From the IMG/VR virus record IMGVR_UViG_3300045988_158809: a stretch of 64,000 bases of DNA, one strand, 5' to 3'. The notes under the pieces are model-generated. The model was not told the origin of the DNA. It saw nothing but the letters and a program-made list of their open reading frames with translations, and made no database searches. The translations under genes and the position numbers were made by a program. Position 1 is the first letter of the stretch; each line of letters starts with the position of its first letter. This stretch comes from a virus. Of this stretch, positions 33,580 through 41,403 are shown one piece after another.

Positions 33580-34140
33580 ATGAAACAGATAAACGAAATT
33601 GACTTAAACTCTTACCGTGACAGAGTTTATCAGAATGCGGTAAACCATGGGTGGCATGAAGAAGAGAAAAGTATTGAGCATTGGCTTTGCATGGTAATGT
33701 CCGAACTGATGGAAGCGGTGGAAGCAGACAGGTTGGGGAAATATGCAGACCGAAACCAGTTTGAGAATTATATGAATCTGGTAGAGCGTTCAAACGACGA
33801 ATTTGTATATGCTTTCAAATATGGAATAAAAGACTCGGTTGAAGATGAGCTTGCAGATGCTTGTATCAGGCTGTTTGATATGGCTGGAGTATATAATGCT
33901 GATTTTAATCTTCTCACTCCTACCGAATATGAAACTTCAAGATATTCAAAATTAACTTTCACGGAGTCTGTTTATAAGATGATTGAAAATCTTTGCCTTT
34001 TCCAATTTAATATAATAGGACACCTGGACGAAATCTTTACCTTCTGCCGTTCTCGCAATATAGACATTTTCTGGTTCATCGATCAGAAGATGAAATACAA
34101 CGAATTCCGGCCATTTAAACACGGTGGAAAGAAATATTAA
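33580..34140 (+). CDS. MazG-like (all-alpha) nucleoside triphosphate pyrophosphohydrolase
   Basis: HWLCMVMSELMEAVEADR ... SVEDELADACIRLFDMAG fits the EExxE/D metal-binding helices of the phage MazG/dimeric-dUTPase-like fold. Confidence 0.6.
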   Translation: MKQINEIDLNSYRDRVYQNAVNHGWHEEEKSIEHWLCMVMSELMEAVEADRLGKYADRNQFENYMNLVERSNDEFVYAFKYGIKDSVEDELADACIRLFDMAGVYNADFNLLTPTEYETSRYSKLTFTESVYKMIENLCLFQFNIIGHLDEIFTFCRSRNIDIFWFIDQKMKYNEFRPFKHGGKKY

Positions 34141-34212
34141 TCAGTTAAAACATGTAAAGCAATCCGGTTTGATTTTTGTCAGACCGGAACCCGCTTTACA
34201 AGTCATTCTGGG

Positions 34213-34278
34213 AGCGAAAAATTTTCATTGCAATCACAGAAAATTTTTATTGCATTCGCAGAAAATTTTCATTGCAAT
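34213..34278 (+). repeat. Three tandem 22-bp repeats with nested palindromes
   Basis: Units at 34213-34234, 34235-34256 and 34257-34278. Consensus CAGAAAATTTTCATTGCAAT, containing GAAAATTTTC and ATTGCAAT. They lie upstream of the Dam-type gene. Confidence 0.85.
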
Positions 34279-34373
34279 GCCGGATTTACGTTTTCGCAAC
34301 CTCATTTTTACGGCGTAAAATAAACGCTTTATTTTGACATTTAGAAACAATTTGTTTACATATATTTGCAATC

Positions 34374-34859
34374 ATGAACACGACATTTGAAAAGTCAGCA
34401 AACAGTACCGACGAATGGTACACCCCGAAAGAAATACTCGATGAGCTGGGCCCTTTCGACCTCGACCCATGTGCGCCGGTAGTTCCACTGTGGCCAACGG
34501 CTGCCACCATGTATAATAAGAACGACGACGGACTTTCTAAGCCGTGGTTTGGCCGTGTATGGCTCAACCCTCCCTACTCCCGTCCGCTCATCGAGCAGTT
34601 TATCAACCGCATGGCGGAACACGGAAACGGCATCGCGCTTCTATTCAACCGGTGCGACAGCAAGATGTTTCAGGATGTGATTTTCAAGAAAGCATCCGCC
34701 ATGAAGTTTTTGCGCCACAGAATAAAGTTCTACAGGTCAGATGGTTGTAGGGGGGGGTCGCCCGGATGTGGCAGTATTTTGATAGCTTTTGGCGATGAGA
34801 ATGCAAATGTCATTCGTGATTGTAAGATAGAAGGTAAATTTGTATCACTTAAAGATTAA
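34374..34859 (+). CDS. phage-type DNA N6-adenine methyltransferase (Dam family)
   Basis: DEWYTPKEILDELGPFDLDPCA plus VWLNPPYS. Contains an in-frame G8 tract at about 34751-34758. Confidence 0.8.
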   Translation: MNTTFEKSANSTDEWYTPKEILDELGPFDLDPCAPVVPLWPTAATMYNKNDDGLSKPWFGRVWLNPPYSRPLIEQFINRMAEHGNGIALLFNRCDSKMFQDVIFKKASAMKFLRHRIKFYRSDGCRGGSPGCGSILIAFGDENANVIRDCKIEGKFVSLKD

Positions 34860-34864
34860 TCGTT

Positions 34865-35551
34865 ATGGATAAGGAAGAAGAAGAAAGACTGGAATACAAA
34901 CAGTATATGCAGGTGGTTGACGCTTGTCGTGAATTATTCAAAAAGAAATTGCAGGATTACGGTGCTGCATGGCGCATTCTACGCCCGGCGTCCGTGACCG
35001 ACCAGATATATATCAAAGTGGCTCGCATCCGTAGCCTGCAGCTCTCCGGCGAGAACCTGGTGGGCGATTCGATAGAAAGTGAGTTTATCGGTATCGTGAA
35101 TTATGGTATTATCGGACTGATACAGTTTGAAGATGGGTTTTCTGAAAAGAATGATACGCCAATCGATTTGGCGGAGAAACTTTACGATAGTCACTTTGCA
35201 GAGTGCTTTAACGTAATGAAAAAGAAAAACCATGATTACGGCGAAGCATGGAGGAACATGCGTGTGGAGACTATCACAGATTTAATTTTGACAAAGGTGT
35301 TCCGAACAAAGCAGATTGAGGACCATGACGGGCATACTATCGCATCGGAGGGAATCCCTGCCAACTACATCGACATGGTGAATTATGCTATCTTTGCGTT
35401 GTGCCTGCTTCAGGAACGTCCGGTTTCAAGTACAGATAAATTAGATGGTGAGGAAATGCCAGATTTCTCTTTAATGCCAATTCCTCCAAGTGGGAAATAT
35501 TATGCGGCAGAACGTAATCCTGAAGTAAATCCTTCCACTGAAACCAAGTAA
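34865..35551 (+). CDS. tandem DUF1599 (nucleotide modification associated domain 1, Nmad1) protein
   Basis: Two copies of the signature: KLQDYGAAWRILR..TDQIYIKVARI...IVNYGIIGL and KNHDYGEAWRNMR..TDLILTKVFR...MVNYAIFAL. Confidence 0.7.
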   Translation: MDKEEEERLEYKQYMQVVDACRELFKKKLQDYGAAWRILRPASVTDQIYIKVARIRSLQLSGENLVGDSIESEFIGIVNYGIIGLIQFEDGFSEKNDTPIDLAEKLYDSHFAECFNVMKKKNHDYGEAWRNMRVETITDLILTKVFRTKQIEDHDGHTIASEGIPANYIDMVNYAIFALCLLQERPVSSTDKLDGEEMPDFSLMPIPPSGKYYAAERNPEVNPSTETK

Positions 35552-35598
35552 TAATTTTGTATCACTATGTTTGTAAATTGGAAAAGATACTATATCCT

Positions 35599-36150
35599 AT
35601 GAAACTATTCAAAAAACTGAAAACCTTCTTCTCTGCTCCCCCCACCCCACTGTCAGAGGAAGCGCAGGCAGTAGAGTTTTTACGGAAGGAATCGGCACCG
35701 TACAGGGCGGTGCAGTTTGTCGACCGCATGGTCACTTCCGGAACCATATTCATCCGTCAGGAAGAGTCGGAAGTGTACATATCCACCAAATTAGTCTATC
35801 TGTATGCCGACAAGAAACTATGGACTAATTTTCTGAAATCTGTCGGACTTTGGTTTTGTTACCAGAAGTCGCGCGAAATGTGGAGCCGCAGGTTTGTCGA
35901 TGCGGAGAATCAGGCCATCCGTGAATCCGGAAAGACACCGGAGGAACTGGGAGAAGCGGAAGTGCGTAGACTGAAATGGGAAGCTCGCCAGAAAGTAAAA
36001 GTAAGCGACCTGTCTGCCCCGGCTCCAGGAAAATATAATTTCCTGCTCGTGTCCGAACATGACGGTTCGCCCGTGCTGGTAGGAAGTTATCAGGACGGAC
36101 AAGTCACGATGCGTAATTTTGACGAAGTGAAGGACCTGCTAAAAAAATAA
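35599..36150 (+). CDS. hypothetical protein (183 aa)
   Basis: Taken from ORF 35557..36150. I prefer the ATG at 35599. Confidence 0.5.
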   Translation: MKLFKKLKTFFSAPPTPLSEEAQAVEFLRKESAPYRAVQFVDRMVTSGTIFIRQEESEVYISTKLVYLYADKKLWTNFLKSVGLWFCYQKSREMWSRRFVDAENQAIRESGKTPEELGEAEVRRLKWEARQKVKVSDLSAPAPGKYNFLLVSEHDGSPVLVGSYQDGQVTMRNFDEVKDLLKK

Positions 36151-36154
36151 TGCT

Positions 36155-36682
36155 ATGCCGGTACGTGGATATGTCAAACCGATTTCTGCAAGGCAGAAGT
36201 TGGAATTTATTATTCAAGAAGCGCTCGAAGCCATAGAAAATAACTTCGAAACGCAGGGTATTTTCCCCTATGAAGTGTATCCTGGATACAGGGAAATAAA
36301 CGAGGAAGCCGGTACCGGATCATGGAAAAGTACCGGAAAAGGTATGCAGTCTTTCCGTGGCCAGATACTTGCCGACAAGGTATCCAATTCGCGCATAGAT
36401 TTCTTCTACGACCGTCACCTTGATTTCGTGGATATGGGTGTGGGCAAAGGTCGTCCCATCGGGAAAGTGGAACGCCGTTTGAGCGCGGACTACAAAATCC
36501 GCTACATGGAGTGGAACGCGAAGGAAGGAAGTACGCAGCGTCCGGCCATTTCGATGGAGTTTCGTCACCAGACGCGAAGGATGCAACGTTACTGGGCAAA
36601 CCGTTTCAAATTTGATGCTCAGTGCGTGCTTGTTTTTGGTATAGAAGGTACACTCGAAGGTAATGAACCCGAATATACTTAA
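36155..36682 (+). CDS. conserved phage protein 'B', copy 1 (paralog of 56600..57115)
   Basis: Shares the blocks EVYPGY, W(K)STG, SFRG.IL, FVDMGVGKGR.IG, RPA and YW.N.F with copy 2. Confidence 0.65.
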   Translation: MPVRGYVKPISARQKLEFIIQEALEAIENNFETQGIFPYEVYPGYREINEEAGTGSWKSTGKGMQSFRGQILADKVSNSRIDFFYDRHLDFVDMGVGKGRPIGKVERRLSADYKIRYMEWNAKEGSTQRPAISMEFRHQTRRMQRYWANRFKFDAQCVLVFGIEGTLEGNEPEYT

Positions 36683-36800
36683 TTCACAGTTTGAAACTTT
36701 GGTAAACAAATTTAAAGATTACGAGGTAAGGGGATTTTCGGACGATTTTATGCCGGAATCCCCCTTCACCCCCAAAAAAGAAGGTTGTCCCCTACCCTTC

Positions 36801-36950
36801 CAGACAAAAAACGCAACTGCCGGACAACGAAAAACGCCTGTTTTGTCTGAAATTCACTTCGTTTTGTCCAGACTGATTTTCTGTAAACTACTATATATCA
36901 AAACAATAAGCCTAAAAATGGGGTTATTTTGTCCAATTGTCTGAAATTTC
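36801..36950. repeat. Cluster of TTTTGTC(T/C) / GACAAAA words, locus 1
   Basis: CAGACAAAAAAC (36801), CGGACAACGAAAAAC (36821), GTTTTGTCTGAAATT (36840), GTTTTGTCCAGAC (36861) and ATTTTGTCCAATTGTCTGAAATTTC (36926). Confidence 0.7.
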
Positions 36951-37029
36951 GGGTAAATTACTTATGTTTCAAAAATATTTTTCTGTTGTGCCGTGCGTTG
37001 TGCGTCCTAAATGTTTACAAATTATAAAC

Positions 37030-37490
37030 AGGTGAGTAAGTGATTGCGTGAGTAAATGTATATACACCGAAGTGAATCTGTGATAAATCATCTGTTCACC
37101 CAGGTGTATGTGTACTTTCTCACTCAGGTGTGTTTGTGTTTTTCTACAAGTGATTTTGTGTGTAAGTGATTTTGCATTTGCGTGACTACGTGACAATGCA
37201 CGCAGGTGAGTATGTGAGTGAAGATGTATAAATGTGTACGTGATTAATCATCTACGCATATATACATTTATGCATATAATAACTTACTCACTTACGCACT
37301 TACGCACGCGTTCACTTACACACCTGAGTGTGTGAACACATAAACATTTAAACATATAAACACATACACATATAAATGTAAATTCACTTAAATGATAAAG
37401 CACGTAATCACATGAGTGTTTATTCACATTATCACATGAACACCTAAATATTTTCTCACTTAATCACCTAAACACTTGCACATATTTTAA
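37030..37490. repeat. Roughly 460-bp dyad field of GTGAG/GTGAT/AGGTG words (candidate partition centromere / par operator)
   Basis: The left half carries GTGAGTAAG, GTGATAAATCATC and CACTCAGGTGTGT. The right half carries the complements: CTTACTCAC (37283-37291) and ACACACCTGAGTG (37318-37330), the latter an exact reverse complement of 37121-37133. The field ends about 40 nt before parA. Confidence 0.6.
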
Positions 37491-37533
37491 ATTTTGCCTA
37501 CATTTGCAGTGTCGAATTTAAACATATAAGAAA

Positions 37534-38388
37534 ATGGCAAAAATTATTTCAGTGGTCAACTTCAAAGGGGGAGTGGCCAAATCAACCACAGCTTTTAATC
37601 TTGCGGCTGCACTTTGGATGTGCGGCAAACGTGTTTTGATAGTAGATGCAGATCCGCAGTATGAACTTACTACCCGTATCGGGTTTAATGAGCGCGATGC
37701 GGAGACTATGTATGAATGGATGCTGTCGGAGGGTACGAAGAATGAACTTCCGGCTCCTATATATAACAGGTATGCCGGAAACGATGATTTCTGTTTTATC
37801 CCATCAAGTTCAAAGGTCTCAAACATCGAGCAGGCTCTTGTCACTCAGCCCAACCGCTTCAAGTCTCCGTATATGATATTGAGAAATCTGCTGCATAAGT
37901 ATTGCGAAGATTTCGATTATATCTTCCTGGACTGTCCACCGTCGCCGGGATTTATGAATAATCTGGCTCTTATCGCGAGTGATGAAATTATCGTGCCTGT
38001 GGAATGTGCCGGTGAGTCAATCGACGGACTTATCAAACTTGATATGACTATTCAGGACGTGAAGGAACAGGTGAATCCTGATTTGACGATAAAAGGCTAC
38101 CTGCTTACCAAGTACGACGACCGTACAAAAATCACACGAAAAATCAGAGAGGAAATTTCGGAGGAGGGGTTACTCCTGAATACGAAAATCCGCTCGTCTA
38201 TCAAGTTTAAGGAGGCGGGTATGTTCTATAAGAACATCTTTGAGTATGATCCGAACGGAAACGGCGCCGAGGATTATATGTCGCTGGCAGAGGAACTGTT
38301 TGATGTGAAAAGGCCGGACAACTGGAAGACTGTTTCGGCTGAGTGTTGGGAAAAGACTATTGGTTCGCAAACCGAGGACGAAGAATAA
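37534..38388 (+). CDS. parA: ParA/Soj-family partition ATPase
   Basis: MAKIISVVNFKGGVAKSTTAFNLAAAL...RVLIVDADPQ shows the deviant Walker A motif, with no N-terminal HTH extension. Confidence 0.9.
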   Translation: MAKIISVVNFKGGVAKSTTAFNLAAALWMCGKRVLIVDADPQYELTTRIGFNERDAETMYEWMLSEGTKNELPAPIYNRYAGNDDFCFIPSSSKVSNIEQALVTQPNRFKSPYMILRNLLHKYCEDFDYIFLDCPPSPGFMNNLALIASDEIIVPVECAGESIDGLIKLDMTIQDVKEQVNPDLTIKGYLLTKYDDRTKITRKIREEISEEGLLLNTKIRSSIKFKEAGMFYKNIFEYDPNGNGAEDYMSLAEELFDVKRPDNWKTVSAECWEKTIGSQTEDEE

Positions 38389-38403
38389 AGAAAGGAGGTT
38401 GAT

Positions 38404-38910
38404 ATGGTATCTTTTCAGAAAAGCAGAAGTGCGCAGACAGGCAAAGAGGGCTCTTTCCTGCAGAAGAGAAAAAAAGAACTTCAGGGAAATGGTTCTGGAA
38501 TAGCCGATGATTTTTCCGCTCCATTGCATCAGCCGGAAGAAATGTATCAGTCTGAACAAGCATATAGTCAGACGATGGGAGAGGGGAGTGATAAAGTGCC
38601 GGTGGCGGTTCCGGAACAGACAGACGAAGGAACTGTGCCTGAAAATAAGAAGGAATCTCAAAAAACTTCCGAAAAGGTTGGGGAAGCAACGGAGAGTAAA
38701 AAGAAAAAGACCATCATCAGAAAGACCATCGCGATAGAGGAAGATGTATTCATGCAGCTTCAGCTATTAAAGGCTTATCACCGGCTGGACCATCAGGACG
38801 TGATAGCGGTGGCCGTGAAAGAATTTCTGAAGCGTCACACTGAGAACGGACGCATTAAGGAAGCCGACATAAAAAGCATCATGAAGATGGTAGACGAACT
38901 GAAAAAGTAA
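38404..38910 (+). CDS. ribbon-helix-helix partner protein (ParG-like centromere-binding candidate)
   Basis: Disordered N-terminus, then KTIAIEEDVFMQLQLLKAYHRLDHQDVIAVAVKEFLKRH (beta-alpha-alpha). AAGGAGG lies 5 nt upstream. Confidence 0.6.
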   Translation: MVSFQKSRSAQTGKEGSFLQKRKKELQGNGSGIADDFSAPLHQPEEMYQSEQAYSQTMGEGSDKVPVAVPEQTDEGTVPENKKESQKTSEKVGEATESKKKKTIIRKTIAIEEDVFMQLQLLKAYHRLDHQDVIAVAVKEFLKRHTENGRIKEADIKSIMKMVDELKK

Positions 38911-38942
38911 ATCCACATCCTATTTTCAGTATATATCTTTGG

Positions 38943-38972
38943 CCTGCATACTTTAGGTGTGCAGGTTTTTTT
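38943..38972 (+). terminator. Intrinsic terminator after the par operon
   Basis: CCTGCATA / (T)GTGCAGG stem followed by T7. Confidence 0.7.
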
Positions 38973-39072
38973 GTATATTTGTGCCGTATTCGACACTTTT
39001 CCCCGTTCAGGGAAAAAGTTAGGGGACGCAAGCCGTTTCGCGCCCCCTTTTCTTTTTTATATATAGGATAGT

Positions 39073-39693
39073 TTACAAGCTGGTTCCGTGCGAATCCTGC
39101 TCTGACAGCACATCCGACGTGGCGTATTTCCTGGGAGAAGGACTTTTGAGCTGGTTTCTCAGTACGGCCACTTCTTCGCGCAGCCTTATTATCTCATCGC
39201 TTTGCTCCTTCAACCGCTTTTCGTACTTCGTTTCAATGGATTTTCTTTCCTGCTGCAGCGATTCCATGTTCTTCTTCGCCCATTTCTCGGCGGCCGCTTC
39301 ACGTATGTCGCCTATGCGTTCCAGAAAGTCTTTCTCCATCTGGTTTATTTTGTTTTCATATCCTTCCTTAATCGCCCTCATCTGCTCCTCATATTTCATC
39401 ACTTCGGCCACATTGATGGATTTTTCCGAAGGCAGGCTTTTAAGTGCTTCTGTGTGGTCCTTGTCGTCGGTGTAAAGCGGTGATACCGGCATACCGTTTT
39501 CGGTAATGAAATCTCCCAGAGGGATTTTGAATTCATTGCAGATTTTCAGCAGCTTGGAAATGTAAATGTCTTCGCCGTGCACCCAGCGTATTACGGTCGG
39601 TCGTGAAGTATTGGTCGATTCGGATAAAGTGCGCTGTGAAAAAGTCTTATTTTTTATATGCCTGGTAAGGCTTTTGTGATTGTATTCGTACAT
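39073..39693 (-). CDS. HTH (XRE-like) regulator with a coiled-coil C-terminus; repressor candidate
   Basis: KTFSQRTLSESTNTSRPTVIRWVHGEDIYISKLLKICNEFKIPLGDFI. Divergent from the replication operon. Confidence 0.65.
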   Translation of the reverse strand: MYEYNHKSLTRHIKNKTFSQRTLSESTNTSRPTVIRWVHGEDIYISKLLKICNEFKIPLGDFITENGMPVSPLYTDDKDHTEALKSLPSEKSINVAEVMKYEEQMRAIKEGYENKINQMEKDFLERIGDIREAAAEKWAKKNMESLQQERKSIETKYEKRLKEQSDEIIRLREEVAVLRNQLKSPSPRKYATSDVLSEQDSHGTSL

Positions 39694-39753
39694 AAAACTT
39701 GAATTAAATGTTAAAGATTTAATCTCTCACAAAAAAATGGTATATAAACTTTA

Positions 39754-39782
39754 CAAATGGTATAGATTATTTACTATCTTTG
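39754..39782 (+). promoter_or_regulatory. Operator-like site plus a -7 box (head of the replication operon)
   Basis: CAAATGGTATAGATTATTTACTATCTTTG. A second ATGGTATA lies at about 39737. Confidence 0.55.
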
Positions 39783-39807
39783 TTCAAATTTAAAAAATTT
39801 CCATCGA

Positions 39808-40224
39808 ATGAGAAAATTGTATTTTGCAAAAATACTTAATGGTAGAGGGCACTCTAAGTCTTCCGACTTCTCCGTAAAGGAAAAGGAAAAACTGTTTTCA
39901 TTCTTTGAAGGTTACGGCATGAAACGCGGAACGGTTTACAACCGTTTTTTCCGTGACGGGTTCAAGGAGTGGGAGCTGTGCGGAGTGGAGTTCTGCATTA
40001 AAGATTATTGCCACTCGAATGGGATTGAACCGCCTGCAGACATGAGAACTTTCTTCCGCGAAAGTGAGCGGAAAGAAATGTTTATCTCTTACATGAGCAA
40101 AATGGGCATGTCTCGCCCCACCGTGCGGAAGCGTTTTGCTGCATGGTCATTCAAGGAGTGGGAGCTGTCTGGCGTCAGAAACCTTATCGACCGTCTGCTG
40201 GCGGAGGAGGTGGACGATGCTTAA
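39808..40224 (+). CDS. hypothetical protein with an internal two-fold repeat
   Basis: GMKRGTVYNRFFRDGFKEWELCGVEFCIKDY and GMSRPTVRKRFAAWSFKEWELSGVRNLIDRL. Confidence 0.55.
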   Translation: MRKLYFAKILNGRGHSKSSDFSVKEKEKLFSFFEGYGMKRGTVYNRFFRDGFKEWELCGVEFCIKDYCHSNGIEPPADMRTFFRESERKEMFISYMSKMGMSRPTVRKRFAAWSFKEWELSGVRNLIDRLLAEEVDDA

Positions 40225-40828
40225 ACCGTTTGAATCATCCCTACAGCCGGGTGGTGAAATCACGATACGGATAGTAGGAGAGAACACCTGCTTTATGTTC
40301 GATTCTACCGAAGGTTCCGATTTCATCGCGTCGCTGGTGGATGAAATGGAAAGGCGGCATCCTTCCGTGGTGCGTTCTGTGGAACAGAAGATCAGGCTTA
40401 CCAACCGTTCGCTCTATGCCGTAATGATGAAGGATTTGAGGACTTACCGTCTGAACGTGGCGCGTGTCATTCTTTCCTGCTGTTTCGGTGAGAACGATGA
40501 GCATCCCGACTGGGACGGTAAGGAGTTCCGGTTTGAGTTCCCGCGCATGTGCCGTGATGCTGCCTATTGCGTATGGAACGGATATTCGGAGCGTAACAAG
40601 GACAGCTACAAGGTGATTTGCGGTGCGAAAGCGGAATACGGATTCACTCCGCAGGAAAGGAGAGTGGTGCTGAACATTCAGCGCGGAATTACGGATTTAG
40701 GAACCATTGCCGATGTGATGGGGCTCACGAAGGCAAGCATCTGGAAGTTCATGACTTCCATTTACCGGAAAACGGAAACCACTTCGCTTCCGGATCTGGT
40801 GTCAAAGATTAAGGGATTGAAATTGTAA
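40217..40828 (+). CDS. protein with a C-terminal LuxR/GerE-type HTH
   Basis: Internal ATG at 40217 overlaps the previous stop. Contains FTPQERRVVLNIQRGITDLGTIADVMGLTKASIWKFMTSIYRK. Confidence 0.55.
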   Translation: MLKPFESSLQPGGEITIRIVGENTCFMFDSTEGSDFIASLVDEMERRHPSVVRSVEQKIRLTNRSLYAVMMKDLRTYRLNVARVILSCCFGENDEHPDWDGKEFRFEFPRMCRDAAYCVWNGYSERNKDSYKVICGAKAEYGFTPQERRVVLNIQRGITDLGTIADVMGLTKASIWKFMTSIYRKTETTSLPDLVSKIKGLKL

Positions 40829-40833
40829 ATGCC

Positions 40834-41403
40834 ATGCGTAAGTATAAGCTGATACCCAAAGAAAAATGCCGGCAGGCGTTCGACCTGTATAGGGAGCGCA
40901 ACCGCTATTCGCCAGTCAGTCTGATCGCGTTTTGCGAAGCCTGTAAGATACCCTATTGGGTAATGCGCCGGTGGATGCGGAACAATAACGAAACGGTGCG
41001 CCAGGCGCGGACGGGTGTTCCTGCAAGGGATAAGGTGCGGATGCCCGACATGGGAATTGGTTTTTACTGCATTGACTGGGAAGACGGAAAGCCTTATCGG
41101 CTCATTTTCCGCATTCTTCCGTTTGAAATCGCCACTAAGATTGGCGAAATCATGCTTTCCATGAGGGTGTGCAGCTCGTGTGAGGTAAAGACAAAGACAG
41201 ATTCCTACCGACGTGATTACGTGGCAGAACGGATTGAAATCAAAACCGAAGGATATACCGAAGGTTTTTCTGTTGAAAACTTGGAGAGGCTTTGCCGGGA
41301 GGTGGCTTTTGCCAGTGGATATGATTTGTACGAGCTCCCGGTGAACGATTTGATTAACCTGAAAGTCAAGACGGCTTTCAACAAAAGAAAAAGATATATA
41401 TGA
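40834..41403 (+). CDS. hypothetical protein (HTH-like N-terminus)
   Basis: ORF on the track. Contains SLIAFCEACKIPYWVMRRWMRNN. Confidence 0.5.
   Translation: MRKYKLIPKEKCRQAFDLYRERNRYSPVSLIAFCEACKIPYWVMRRWMRNNNETVRQARTGVPARDKVRMPDMGIGFYCIDWEDGKPYRLIFRILPFEIATKIGEIMLSMRVCSSCEVKTKTDSYRRDYVAERIEIKTEGYTEGFSVENLERLCREVAFASGYDLYELPVNDLINLKVKTAFNKRKRYI

Noticed and set aside
34124-34318. 64-aa ORF upstream of the Dam gene.
   Set aside because: It reads straight through the three 22-bp tandem repeats. The repeats explain the open frame.
35553-35601. TATCACT ... CCTATG words resembling the left-operon boundary motif.
   Set aside because: The order and spacing are wrong: ATCACT comes before CCTATG, about 35 nt apart, and there is no T-run. 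This is probably chance.
36663-36944. 93-aa ORF following protein B1.
   Set aside because: Its second half runs through the TTTTGTC word cluster and a GGGGATT..AATCCCC hairpin (about 36731-36773). Copy 2 of the A-B pair has a terminator at the equivalent place. It could at most be a decayed gene remnant.
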